Source of the DNA: Dehalococcoidia bacterium
GTDB taxonomy: Bacteria > Chloroflexota > Dehalococcoidia > Lucifugimonadales > JAGWBF01
DNA: 64,000 nucleotides
Reading direction: 5' to 3'
Assembly (NCBI GenBank): GCA_034421095.1
Contig: DAOUKR010000026.1
Span: 583-64,582, forward strand
In this document: piece by piece, positions 52,582 through 61,129 of the stretch
Layout: every line of letters starts with the position of its first letter
How positions within the stretch are numbered: position 1 is the first letter of the stretch
Notes under the pieces: model-generated
Databases searched by the model: none
What the model was told of the DNA's origin: nothing
The model's input: the letters and a program-made list of their open reading frames with translations, nothing else
Translations under genes and position numbers: made by a program

Positions 52582-53441
52582 CACCCTCCTTTAGAGAGCA
52601 GCAGGGCTACCCAGTCATCTATGTTGTAGGTCCTGGAGGGGGAGAACCCCAGGTGCGCCAGCGTTTCCTCAACCTCACTTTGCTGGTCCCGGATAAACCC
52701 GGATACGATAAGCAACCCGCCGGGCTTGATGGAACGCCACAGACAGGGGGCCTCGGCACAAATTACCTTTGCGCTGATGTTGGCCATTGCCAGGTCGAAG
52801 TGTCCATCGGGTGCCAAATGGTGGGGCAAGGTCCCCCTTGCAAGCCGGACAACCTTCCCAAGGCCGCTGGCCCTGAAATTCTTTCTGGCCGCCGTAACGG
52901 CGACCGGGTCCACGTCCAGGGTCAGAATGGAAGCAGCGCCCAGCCTGGCTGCGGCGATGGCCAGTATGCCCGAGCCAGTGCCCAGGTCCAGCACGTCCAT
53001 CCCCGTCTGCACAAGTCCCTCCAGGGCTTCGAGGCACATCCTTGTCGTAGGATGGTAGCCGGTCCCAAAGGCCATACCGGGGTCCAACTCTATTACGACC
53101 TCATCCTGCTCGGCACGGTAGTCAATCCAGGAAGGCTTTATCACCAGCCTGTTTCCAATCTTCAGGAGGGTGAAATGGGACTTCCAGGCGCTCTCCCAAT
53201 CAGCATCATCCAGCTTCTTTATCTCCAACTCACCCATCGGCTGAATGGCTCTAACGAGATTTACGCCCACTCCAATCCTGGCCATTCGTTGCTTTGAAGT
53301 GTTGGTCAAGTATGTCCTCACGAGCACCAGGTCATCCTCTACGCGTTCCACTGAGAGGCCGTGACCATACCTGCTGAACAGGTAGTAGATAGGCTCCACA
53401 TACTCCTGGGGCACCCTGATACTGAGCTCCTGCCAAATCAT
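52581..53441 (-). CDS. prmA: ribosomal protein L11 methyltransferase
   Basis: 286 aa. Contains WESAWKSHF, IELDPGMAFGTGYHPTT and VLDLGTGSGILAIAAARLGA. Confidence 0.9.
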   Translation of the reverse strand: MIWQELSIRVPQEYVEPIYYLFSRYGHGLSVERVEDDLVLVRTYLTNTSKQRMARIGVGVNLVRAIQPMGELEIKKLDDADWESAWKSHFTLLKIGNRLVIKPSWIDYRAEQDEVVIELDPGMAFGTGYHPTTRMCLEALEGLVQTGMDVLDLGTGSGILAIAAARLGAASILTLDVDPVAVTAARKNFRASGLGKVVRLARGTLPHHLAPDGHFDLAMANISAKVICAEAPCLWRSIKPGGLLIVSGFIRDQQSEVEETLAHLGFSPSRTYNIDDWVALLLSKGG

Positions 53442-53542
53442 GTTTCCTCGTATAAAAGCCCCGGCCCTACACTCTGACGTGGGTCAGCATAAGGAGGCCG
53501 GGGAAAGTACCGATGTCTAATGGGGTCTTGTCTTCAGGCAGA

Positions 53543-54682
53543 CTAGCCGAAAGCGCCCTTGATTTTATCGAATAGGCCCTTCTCCCTGGCATTGGAGTCG
53601 CTGGGCTTTTCCATAGTCTTGGACAACTCCTCGAGAAGCTTGCGTTGGTGGGAGTCCAGGGTTGTAGGAACCTGTAGCTTTATGGGAATCACGATGTCGC
53701 CGCGGCGATGCTCATTATTGAGGTGGGGCACACCCTTCCCCTTGATGCGGAACACCGCTCCCGGCTGTGTCCCGGGAGGGATCTTGATGGTCTCGCCATT
53801 GCCGTTCAGGGTAGGTACTTCCACGTCGTCACCCAGGGTTACCTGGACAAGGTTTAGAGGTACTTCGTAGACGAGGTCTGTCCCCTCACGGCGGAATAGC
53901 GAGTGCTCCCTGACGGAGACGCGCACGTACATGTTACCCGGAGGGCCGCCATTGGTCCCCGAGTTGCCCTCCCCGGACAGGCGCATTTGCATCCCGCTTT
54001 CTATTCCCGCGGGAATCTTGACGGCAATCTTATGCTGCTGCCGCTCCGTGCCCGCTCCGTGGCAGGTATCACATGGTGTAGTTATAGTTGAGCCTCTGCC
54101 CCTGCAAGTGGGGCAGGCCGTTATCTGGGTGAACTGGCCGAAGAGACTCCGTTCGGCCCGGCGCACCTGGCCTACTCCCCGGCAGGTGGTGCAGGTAGCC
54201 GGACTCGTTCCGGGTCTGCTGCCGGAGCCACGACACTCGTGGCACTTCTCCACTCGAGAAACTTCCACCTCGCGCTCTGTGCCAAAAACCGCTTCCTCAA
54301 ACGGGATAGTCACGCCATACTGGATGTCAGAGCCCCTCTGGGCTTTCCGTTGCTGAGTCCTACCGTTCAAGTCACCGAAAAAGGAGTCGAATATATCCCC
54401 AAATCCACCGAATACATCGAAGCCCTCAAAATCTCTGGAAAAACCACCTCCGTTACCGGCATCCACTCCGGCTGGGCCGAAACGGTCATACCGAGACCGC
54501 TTCTCGTTATCTATGAGTACCTGGTAGGCCTCATTCACTTCCTTGAACTTTTCCTCAGCGTCGGGGTTCTTGTTCCTGTCCGGGTGGTAGTCCATAGCCT
54601 TCTTTCTGAAAGCCTTCCTTATGCTTTCTTCAGAGGCATCCCTGGAGACCCCCAGAATTTCGTAGTAATCTCTCTTAGCCAT
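53543..54682 (-). CDS. dnaJ: molecular chaperone DnaJ
   Basis: The start was set to ATG 54682 ([12 protein letters not shown]...). Contains HPD, a G/F-rich region and four CxxCxGxG zinc-finger repeats. The track ORF's 37 extra N-terminal codons are rejected. Confidence 0.95.
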   Translation of the reverse strand: MAKRDYYEILGVSRDASEESIRKAFRKKAMDYHPDRNKNPDAEEKFKEVNEAYQVLIDNEKRSRYDRFGPAGVDAGNGGGFSRDFEGFDVFGGFGDIFDSFFGDLNGRTQQRKAQRGSDIQYGVTIPFEEAVFGTEREVEVSRVEKCHECRGSGSRPGTSPATCTTCRGVGQVRRAERSLFGQFTQITACPTCRGRGSTITTPCDTCHGAGTERQQHKIAVKIPAGIESGMQMRLSGEGNSGTNGGPPGNMYVRVSVREHSLFRREGTDLVYEVPLNLVQVTLGDDVEVPTLNGNGETIKIPPGTQPGAVFRIKGKGVPHLNNEHRRGDIVIPIKLQVPTTLDSHQRKLLEELSKTMEKPSDSNAREKGLFDKIKGAFG

Positions 54683-54715
54683 TGAATTCCTCTGCCACAG
54701 CTTTAGCTCCAATGT

Positions 54716-54744
54716 ATTATAAACCACTGTAGTCAGGCTCTCAA
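54716..54744 (-). promoter_or_regulatory. candidate sigma-70 promoter of dnaJ
   Basis: On the minus strand, TTGAGA (54744-54739), a 17-nt spacer, then TATAAT (54721-54716), about 30 nt upstream of the dnaJ ATG. Confidence 0.4.
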
Positions 54745-54930
54745 GGTGCTCCGGGCTATGGAGTCCTTCAATTCTCGAAGCTGACAGAGGCAAATCTCGC
54801 TACTGCCCCCACCTCACCCCGGCGTCCACACATACTTTGCCCGTAGAATACGGTCGTTCCGGGTTGCATTGTCATGGTCCTCTACGTCTACATCGGTCAA
54901 AAGTCACGTGAGTTTGAGTGTCAATCCTCT

Positions 54931-54959
54931 TTCAGACCAGTGAGCATTTGGCGTATAAT
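54931..54959 (+). promoter_or_regulatory. candidate sigma-70 promoter of the 55014 gene
   Basis: TTCAGA (54931-54936), a 17-nt spacer, then TATAAT (54954-54959). Confidence 0.3.
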
Positions 54960-55013
54960 ACCGTGACACATTTAGAATTCACGAACAGTCGCACGGCAAG
55001 GAGGTTTTTGGAA

Positions 55014-55592
55014 ATGCGTCGTAGGTTAACCGCGTTGGTCGCAATCGTATCGTCCCTAATGATAGGCCTGGTCATCCTGGGAGCGGCACCCCAGCAAGGA
55101 ATACCCCAGTTCCCCATAATATACGGTGGCGACGTGACCGTTCAGGGTCAGCCGGTCCCCACGGACGTTTCGCTGATAGTCTGTGTTGGGGGATGCGATA
55201 GCTGGGCGAGCGATCCTGTGCTGACCCTGGAGGGTGGCAGGTATTTTGGGCTAGCCGCAAGACCGCCCGAATCGCTTCTCAGGCAAGAAGTCACCTTCTG
55301 GATAGTGGAGCCGGAATCCGGCCAGAGAATCATGGCCGTGGAGACGGACACATTCGAGCCTGACAATAACATTCAACGTACACTCGATCTGACTTTCAAC
55401 GACCCGATACCTACGCCACCCCCTGCCATGCCACCAACCAACACTCCGGCCCCTACTCAGGCGATAATTCCGCCCGTGCCGGGGGACCCGGCGGTGCAGA
55501 CCTTGTCCCGTGTTGCGGTATTTGCAGGAATAGCCGCCCTTCTGGTTGGCGGCGCGGCGTTGTACATGGTCCGCCGGCGTGGAGCCTTCTAG
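55014..55592 (+). CDS. hypothetical exported protein with an N-terminal signal/anchor, a Pro-rich linker and a C-terminal TM+RRR anchor
   Basis: ATG 55014 follows AAGGAGG. MRRRLTALVAIVSSLMIGLVILGAAP..., linker PIPTPPPAMPPTNTPAPTQAIIPPVPGDP, and C-terminus VAVFAGIAALLVGGAALYMVRRRGAF. Confidence 0.6.
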   Translation: MRRRLTALVAIVSSLMIGLVILGAAPQQGIPQFPIIYGGDVTVQGQPVPTDVSLIVCVGGCDSWASDPVLTLEGGRYFGLAARPPESLLRQEVTFWIVEPESGQRIMAVETDTFEPDNNIQRTLDLTFNDPIPTPPPAMPPTNTPAPTQAIIPPVPGDPAVQTLSRVAVFAGIAALLVGGAALYMVRRRGAF

Positions 55593-56243
55593 CTAACGCT
55601 GCGCCCGCGCGCCCTGGGGTTCCAGGACCACCACCTGCATCTCCTGGGGTAAGCCGGACGCCGATATGTTGAGCCGAGCTTGGGGCTGCGCATCACGCAG
55701 CCCCATTTCTCTGAGCAGGACGTCAATGCCCCCCAGTCCCACCGCCAGGTCGGGCAGGCCGCAGTGCATGGGTATGACCACCTTTGGCTCAAGGCTTTGT
55801 ATTAGCTGAATTGCCTGGGGCGCCTCGATGGTGGAGACGCCCCCTGACGGCACAAAGAGTATGTCCACCGGCGCAAGCTCCTCGATTTGCCTAGCGGACA
55901 GGGGGCTGCTTACATCCCCCAGATGGCACAATCTGAGGTTCTCCATCTCGATAAGGTAAGCGGTGTTTCTCTTGTCTTCGGGGTCGTTGGCGCTCCGGGG
56001 GGTCATAACGCCGGTGACGTAGATTCCCGACATCTCGTACTCGCCGGGGCCGCTCAGGACACGGGGGTTCCCTTCCACTCCCTGCCAGTGGCTATGGTTA
56101 TCGTGCTGGTGGCTTACGGTGACCGCGAGACCCCTGACGCTGCCCATCTGAAGGCCGATGGAGTCGGGGAATGGGTCGGTGACAACCACGAGGTCGTTGG
56201 TACGGAGCCGGAAGCAGGCATGTCCTAGCCAGATTATTTCCAC
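55593..56243 (-). CDS. MBL-fold metal-dependent hydrolase (UPF0173-like)
   Basis: 216 aa with a GTG start after GAGGTAA. MEIIWLGHACFRLRTNDLVVVTDPF...VTVSHQHDNH. Confidence 0.85.
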   Translation of the reverse strand: MEIIWLGHACFRLRTNDLVVVTDPFPDSIGLQMGSVRGLAVTVSHQHDNHSHWQGVEGNPRVLSGPGEYEMSGIYVTGVMTPRSANDPEDKRNTAYLIEMENLRLCHLGDVSSPLSARQIEELAPVDILFVPSGGVSTIEAPQAIQLIQSLEPKVVIPMHCGLPDLAVGLGGIDVLLREMGLRDAQPQARLNISASGLPQEMQVVVLEPQGARAQR

Positions 56244-56328
56244 GAGTTTACCTCGAATTCATTCCTGATTTTGACTATGAGATGAGGCACCGGGCGAGTA
56301 TAATATTATGTAGATACGAAGTCAACGC

Positions 56329-56357
56329 TTGACATGGAAGCGGCTTCGGGATAAATT
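56329..56357 (+). promoter_or_regulatory. candidate sigma-70 promoter of hrcA
   Basis: TTGACA (56329-56334), a 17-nt spacer, then TAAATT (56352-56357), about 70 nt upstream of the ATG at 56427. Confidence 0.3.
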
Positions 56358-56426
56358 CACTGAAAGCCCTGTTTGAGCCTGTATCCGACACCCCTTCGCA
56401 AGTGAAAAATACTAGGCGGTGGCAAG

Positions 56427-57449
56427 ATGCTAAAGCTGAGAACGTCTACAACGCTTAGAATCCTGGTAAACGAGTATATAAGCTCCGTTGCCCCGGTCTC
56501 TTCGGAGGATATAGCTCGCCGTTCGCCCACGAAGGTGAGTTCGGCCACCATACGGAACGAGATGGCGGAGCTTGAGGAGGAAGGGTACATCACCCGCCCC
56601 CACATCTCCGCAGGAGGGGTGCCTTCCGACAAGGGCTACAGGTTCTACGTTGAGTCCCTGGAGGATCCCCTGGAACTGCCCAGGGGAATGCAGCAAAACA
56701 TACGCCATCGGTTCGGCCAGGCGCAGAGAGACCCGGAAGCATGGGTGCAGCTGGCCGCCACGGTCCTCTCCCAAATGGCGGATAACATGGTGATTGTGAC
56801 CTTTCCCCGTGCCAACTCCGCCAGGCTGAAGCACATCCAGCTGGTCTACATACAAGAGTTCCTGGCCCTGCTCGTAATTGTTCTGCAGGGGGCCAGGCTC
56901 AGGCAACACCTGCTGCCGATGGATGAACCCACCACCCAGGTCGAGCTTACCGAGGTGGCCAACAAGCTCAACGATGCCCTGGAGGGACTCACCTATTCCG
57001 AGGCCAGGGTGAAGCAGCTTGAACTCACGCCACTGGAGGAGGTGGTTCGAGAAGGGACTATCGCCGCCCTGGAGGGCATGGAGGCCGAGTCTGCGCTGGA
57101 GCACTACGTGGACGGGTTGCGTCTCCTTCTCAATCAGCCGGAGTTTGCCGAGACGGGAAGGGCCAAGGAGATAGTGGAAATCCTGGAAGAACGGGTGTTG
57201 CTCCGAAGCATCCTGTCGGAGGCCCCCGGTGAGGGAAACATGGGTGTGTTCATCGGCGATGAGAACCCCAAGGAGGAGCTAAAGCCCTTCAGCGTAATTA
57301 TGAGCCAGTACGGTATTCCCAGGGAGGCATCGGGGACCATCAGCGTGATTGGGCCTACGCGAATGGAGTACGCCAGCGCAATTGGCGGTGTGAGGTTCCT
57401 GTCCTCCTACATGAGCGAGTTGATAATGAGCGTCCACGGCAGGATGTGA
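56427..57449 (+). CDS. hrcA: heat-inducible transcription repressor HrcA
   Basis: 340 aa. ...ILVNEYISSVAPVSSEDIARRSPTKVSSATIRNEMAELEEEGYITRPHISAGGVPSDKGYRFYV is a winged-helix N-terminus typical of HrcA. Confidence 0.92.
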   Translation: MLKLRTSTTLRILVNEYISSVAPVSSEDIARRSPTKVSSATIRNEMAELEEEGYITRPHISAGGVPSDKGYRFYVESLEDPLELPRGMQQNIRHRFGQAQRDPEAWVQLAATVLSQMADNMVIVTFPRANSARLKHIQLVYIQEFLALLVIVLQGARLRQHLLPMDEPTTQVELTEVANKLNDALEGLTYSEARVKQLELTPLEEVVREGTIAALEGMEAESALEHYVDGLRLLLNQPEFAETGRAKEIVEILEERVLLRSILSEAPGEGNMGVFIGDENPKEELKPFSVIMSQYGIPREASGTISVIGPTRMEYASAIGGVRFLSSYMSELIMSVHGRM

Positions 57450-57516
57450 TAGATGTAGTGTCGGGGACGCCGACAAGGCGTCGCGTGTGCCGCTTAGAGT
57501 ATCGTGTCATGTTGCA

Positions 57517-57539
57517 GGGGCGGGTCTCAGACCCGCCCC
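57517..57539 (+). terminator. GC-rich hairpin downstream of hrcA
   Basis: GGGGCGGGTC-tca-GACCCGCCCC forms a 10-bp stem, 68 nt after the hrcA stop and followed by ttcgtg. Confidence 0.45.
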
Positions 57540-57574
57540 TTCGTGCGTCCGGGGGTATGCCCCCTCCACCTAAC

Positions 57575-57840
57575 GCATCATTCCGGCCCCCGAGCCGGAA
57601 TCCATAGGCTCTTGTCTGCAGGTGCGGGGGAGGAGACTGGAGAACTCCCTGGATTCTGGCTTTTGCCAGAATGACGGGAGAGGCAGGCTTTTCGCCAGAA
57701 TGACGAAGGGCGGAATGAGAGAGCGCGGAGAAAAAGGAGAGGCCCCACCTGGCTGGTGGGGCCTCTTTTGCCGTTTGCGTTTGTCTTTGGGGCTTCACCC
57801 CCACCCCAGCCCTCCCCCGTCAAGAGGGAGGGGGTTGGCG
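57575..57840. repeat. intergenic palindromic repeat cluster
   Basis: Contains tcattccggcccccgagccggaatccatagg, ctggattctggcttttgccagaatgacgg, ttcgccagaatgacg and cccctcccccgtcaagagggagggg. Confidence 0.75.
57738..57766. terminator. bidirectional intrinsic terminator (A-tract / 12-bp stem / T-tract)
   Basis: aaaaagg-AGAGGCCCCACC-tggct-GGTGGGGCCTCT-tttg. On the minus strand it lies ~85 nt after the stop of the 950-aa surface-protein gene and is followed by CCTTTTTCTCC. Confidence 0.6.
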
Positions 57841-57848
57841 GTTCCAGG

Positions 57849-60701
57849 TTAGCTGGTGGAGCACGCTCCGCCGGTGGCCGGGGTTATGATGCCGTCCTTG
57901 GACAGCAGGATCCAGTAGCCGCTGCCTACCCTCACGTTGTCAGTGGCCCCTATGTTTGTCCACCGACCGGCCTCGAAGGTGTAGGCGTTGGACAGGTCTG
58001 GCCCGAAGTAGTCGCCTGCGCAGAACATGTCCCCCGTCTCTATCTCACCGTCATTTGGACCTATGGACGCAAGGCTGACCACGGGCACCAGCATCCACTT
58101 GCCTGCCGGTACGCTTATTGAGGGCGGTACCTGCTGGGCGTCAAGCTGTGGTATGTCTATTGACACTACGGTTGAGCCGGACGACTTGACTATGTAGGCG
58201 TGACTGGCATCTATGGTCGTCAGGTCTCCCGCAAACTGGCCCGTCGCAGGGTCTCGCACGGCGAACATCCAGGGCAGGTCGCTCTCGCCGGGACGGGGTT
58301 GCGTGAATATCAAGGTCACTTCCGCCACGTCACCGAACACGTCCTGAACATCGGTGCTCGCAGGGTCCCGGGGCAGGGACACCAAGTTATTGCCCACAGT
58401 CAGGCTCAGCTTCAGGGCCGGTGGCGTCACCACCTCGAACTTCAGCGCGGCGTCGTTGGCGAGTTCGTTGCCTCCCTCGTCCATGCCGTTGTAGGTCAGG
58501 GTGTGCTTGCCCGCTCCGATTTCGGAGATGGCTATGGTGAACTTCCGGCTGTCGCTTGAGCTGGCGTGCTCCAGCACGTCCCGCTCGTTGTCCGTGCCTG
58601 CGTTCAGCACGGCCTTGGTGAGAGTCACGGTCTTGTGGCTGTCTCCGGTGTACTCCGTACCCTCGCCAGCCCAGTCAATCGTGATGTAGAAGGGCTCGGC
58701 ATTGGACGCCTTTGCACCTCCGGCCGGGATCGTTGAGGAGGCGGGGTCCAGAGTCTTGTCTATCTCGAAGGTGACGGCTCCGGCGGCAGTTGAGTCAGAT
58801 TGGGAGCCGGCCGTTGCCATGTTGCCTACGGTGTCCCGTACCTCACCCTGCACGGTGTGCAGCCCTTCCCCGAGGCCGGTCACGCTGAATTTCCACTCTT
58901 TTCGGCTCTCGACGACCCTGGGGGAAATCCCGGGGCTGACGGTTTCCGTGCAGTTCTTGGCGGTGTCGCCTGCGCCGGAGCAACTCGTGAATGTGAGTTG
59001 CGGCTGGCTGCCCCTGATTGGCTCGTCGGACGTCACCGTCAACTGGATGGCACCGGTGGTGTAGTCGTCCTCGACGGTAATCGTCAGCTTGGGCGCTATG
59101 CCGTCTGTGGCTCTCTCTATGACCGATCCCGCGGCCTTTTCAGTGTCGACCGAGTTGCCGCCGGCATCCTGGACATCTCCCACGATTTCAATCTTCGGCC
59201 TCGCGTCGGGGGCCATCTCGGGGACCGTCAGGAACACGCTGTTCGAATCACTTCCGGAGCCGAGGGCGACGCCGTTGGGTTTTGCGTCATCCACCTCGAA
59301 GTCGCTGGTCTGCAGGCTTGCTGCCATCATGCCCCGGTCGAAGACCAGCCTGATGCTGGTGCGGTCGTCCGAGGTGCCCGCGGTGACCGGGTTGTCATTG
59401 CCGGTGCGGGAGCCGTCCACCTGCTTCTTGTCGGCGTTCCAGTTGTCGCCGGTGTAGGCGTCCTGAAGCACGGGCCGGGTGGTCTTTACCGTCAGACTGC
59501 CATCTTGATTTCCTGCAGTCTCGGAGTCCGCGTCGGTCCTGCCCTGGTTGCCCGCCTTGTCCTTTGCCATAACCCGCCACGTTATTGTCGAATCCAGGGT
59601 GCCTGTCTTGTCCTCCTTTTCGGCCTCTATTGCCGGTATATTGTTGATGTTGAAGGAGACTACCCACACACCGGACCCACTGGAGGTCTCTTTCACGTCG
59701 ACGTTGGCCGGGATGGCCTTTATTTCATTGCCGCCGTCAATGCTATACATAACCTGGACAGAGTTATCCTCGTCCGTGTCCACGCCGGCAATGTTGTCGG
59801 ATACCTCGGCGGTAAGGACCGTGTCCAGGTCGTTGGTCACCGTCTTATTGGCGGGCATCACGTTGGTGAAGTTGGGCGGGTCGTCTTCCACGTCAATCCG
59901 CGCCGTGACCGTCCGGGTCGGCGTCTTGTCGTTGTATCTCACGATGATTGAGCTTCCGTCGCTCACCGCCAACGTCGGCCTGGTACCGTCAGGGTTGAGA
60001 TGGCCGCCGTCGCCAGTGCTGTCCATCACAGCGGCATCGTCACCGTTGACCACCACGACAGTAGCCGTGAATATCCCGCTACTGGAAGTGGTTTCCCGCA
60101 GCCGCAAGGTCATCTGGTCTCCGTCGCCTTGGACCGTCACCAGGTCGCTCTTTGTGCCGTCGCTCGCCGTAGCCTGGGTATACTCTTTCATCGAGGTGGC
60201 GTATCGGACACTGAAGGCGCCGCCGGCGCCGGAATTGATGAATTCGACTATCCCATTCTCCTGGTTGAGGATGCGACTCACCGTTACAGAGGCGGTAGAT
60301 GGCACAATTTGTATGTCCTTGATGTCTATTGCGCCGTCATGGTTCCGGTCTGCGATGGCGTTTGCCAAATCACGATAAAACGGGCCTACGGCGCTCGGTG
60401 CGCCGCCATCTCCTACCGCCTCGCCATCGGCTCCACCCATGGTGGAGGGTTCGCCTTCAGGCCCCGTACCCACAAATTGCAGGGTGTTCAGGTCGGGGTC
60501 CTCAACGGTGATTGTTATGGTACGGGCGCTCTGGGGAACGTTGTTGTCGGGCGACGCCACCATCGGGTCCGTCGTCACCGTGCCCACTACGTTTGCGGTC
60601 TTGTGCGCTGCGCCTGCCGGCAGTACGGCCAGTATCAGTGCCAGCGCAAGCGCAGAAAGGGCAATCAGCCCCAAGGAAAACCAGGTCTTATGCCTTTTCA
60701 T
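57849..60701 (-). CDS. large secreted cell-surface protein with multiple Ig/cadherin-like beta-domains (S-layer or adhesin candidate)
   Basis: 950 aa. Signal peptide MKRHKTWFSLGLIALSALALALILAVLPAGAAH. Composition is very Thr/Ser/Asp/Gly/Val-rich with recurring ~100-aa beta-rich segments. It has one EF-hand/dockerin-like loop, DRNHDGAIDIKDIQ. AGGGGG lies upstream of the ATG. Confidence 0.8.
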   Translation of the reverse strand: MKRHKTWFSLGLIALSALALALILAVLPAGAAHKTANVVGTVTTDPMVASPDNNVPQSARTITITVEDPDLNTLQFVGTGPEGEPSTMGGADGEAVGDGGAPSAVGPFYRDLANAIADRNHDGAIDIKDIQIVPSTASVTVSRILNQENGIVEFINSGAGGAFSVRYATSMKEYTQATASDGTKSDLVTVQGDGDQMTLRLRETTSSSGIFTATVVVVNGDDAAVMDSTGDGGHLNPDGTRPTLAVSDGSSIIVRYNDKTPTRTVTARIDVEDDPPNFTNVMPANKTVTNDLDTVLTAEVSDNIAGVDTDEDNSVQVMYSIDGGNEIKAIPANVDVKETSSGSGVWVVSFNINNIPAIEAEKEDKTGTLDSTITWRVMAKDKAGNQGRTDADSETAGNQDGSLTVKTTRPVLQDAYTGDNWNADKKQVDGSRTGNDNPVTAGTSDDRTSIRLVFDRGMMAASLQTSDFEVDDAKPNGVALGSGSDSNSVFLTVPEMAPDARPKIEIVGDVQDAGGNSVDTEKAAGSVIERATDGIAPKLTITVEDDYTTGAIQLTVTSDEPIRGSQPQLTFTSCSGAGDTAKNCTETVSPGISPRVVESRKEWKFSVTGLGEGLHTVQGEVRDTVGNMATAGSQSDSTAAGAVTFEIDKTLDPASSTIPAGGAKASNAEPFYITIDWAGEGTEYTGDSHKTVTLTKAVLNAGTDNERDVLEHASSSDSRKFTIAISEIGAGKHTLTYNGMDEGGNELANDAALKFEVVTPPALKLSLTVGNNLVSLPRDPASTDVQDVFGDVAEVTLIFTQPRPGESDLPWMFAVRDPATGQFAGDLTTIDASHAYIVKSSGSTVVSIDIPQLDAQQVPPSISVPAGKWMLVPVVSLASIGPNDGEIETGDMFCAGDYFGPDLSNAYTFEAGRWTNIGATDNVRVGSGYWILLSKDGIITPATGGACSTS

Positions 60702-60867
60702 TGTCTACCCCCTTTTGGAGTGTGCTTTCTGAGTGGGAATGCCTGCTCGCCTTGAACGTGGCCGACGGTTGGCGAGCCCTGGGGACCACCGAGGGGTCTA
60801 ACCGGAAGGTTCCGTAGGAAGAATAGTGCATAGAGAACCATCTCCTAAGTAATTGATTGCCAGATAA

Positions 60868-60897
60868 TTAGTAACACCATCAGGTTTTCGTTGTCAA
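60868..60897 (-). promoter_or_regulatory. candidate promoter of the surface-protein gene (long 5' UTR)
   Basis: On the minus strand, TTGACA (60897-60892), an 18-nt spacer, then TACTAA (60873-60868), about 165 nt upstream of the ATG at 60701. Confidence 0.3.
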
Positions 60898-61129
60898 GGT
60901 GTAGGGCATGGCTTTTCTTCTTCAAAAAACGTGCCACGCCGTAACGCCAGGGGGCTTTCTCGGCTGATGGCAGGCTTCTAGGGAGTGTATGAGTACCGTT
61001 ATAGCCACGCGCGTATCACCGCCCAAACTTGCACATTCCCCAATACAAGCTAGTCGGGAATATACAGCTATTTACCAGGGTTGTCAAGTAGTAATGGGGG
61101 TTTGGGTCAATGAATTGTGTTTCAGTCTC

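Noticed and set aside
54700-54925. CIRCE-like half sites near dnaJ and the 55014 gene (GGAGCTAA, gagtgtcaa).
   Set aside because: Only one degenerate half-site occurs at each place, and no inverted partner sits at the 9-nt spacing.
58800-59951. Several long + strand ORFs (383, 276, 251, 122 and 120 aa) spanning 58200-60817.
   Set aside because: All are antisense to the 950-aa surface-protein gene. Their sequences are Gly/Arg/His/Val-rich and low-complexity, with no starts preceded by an RBS.
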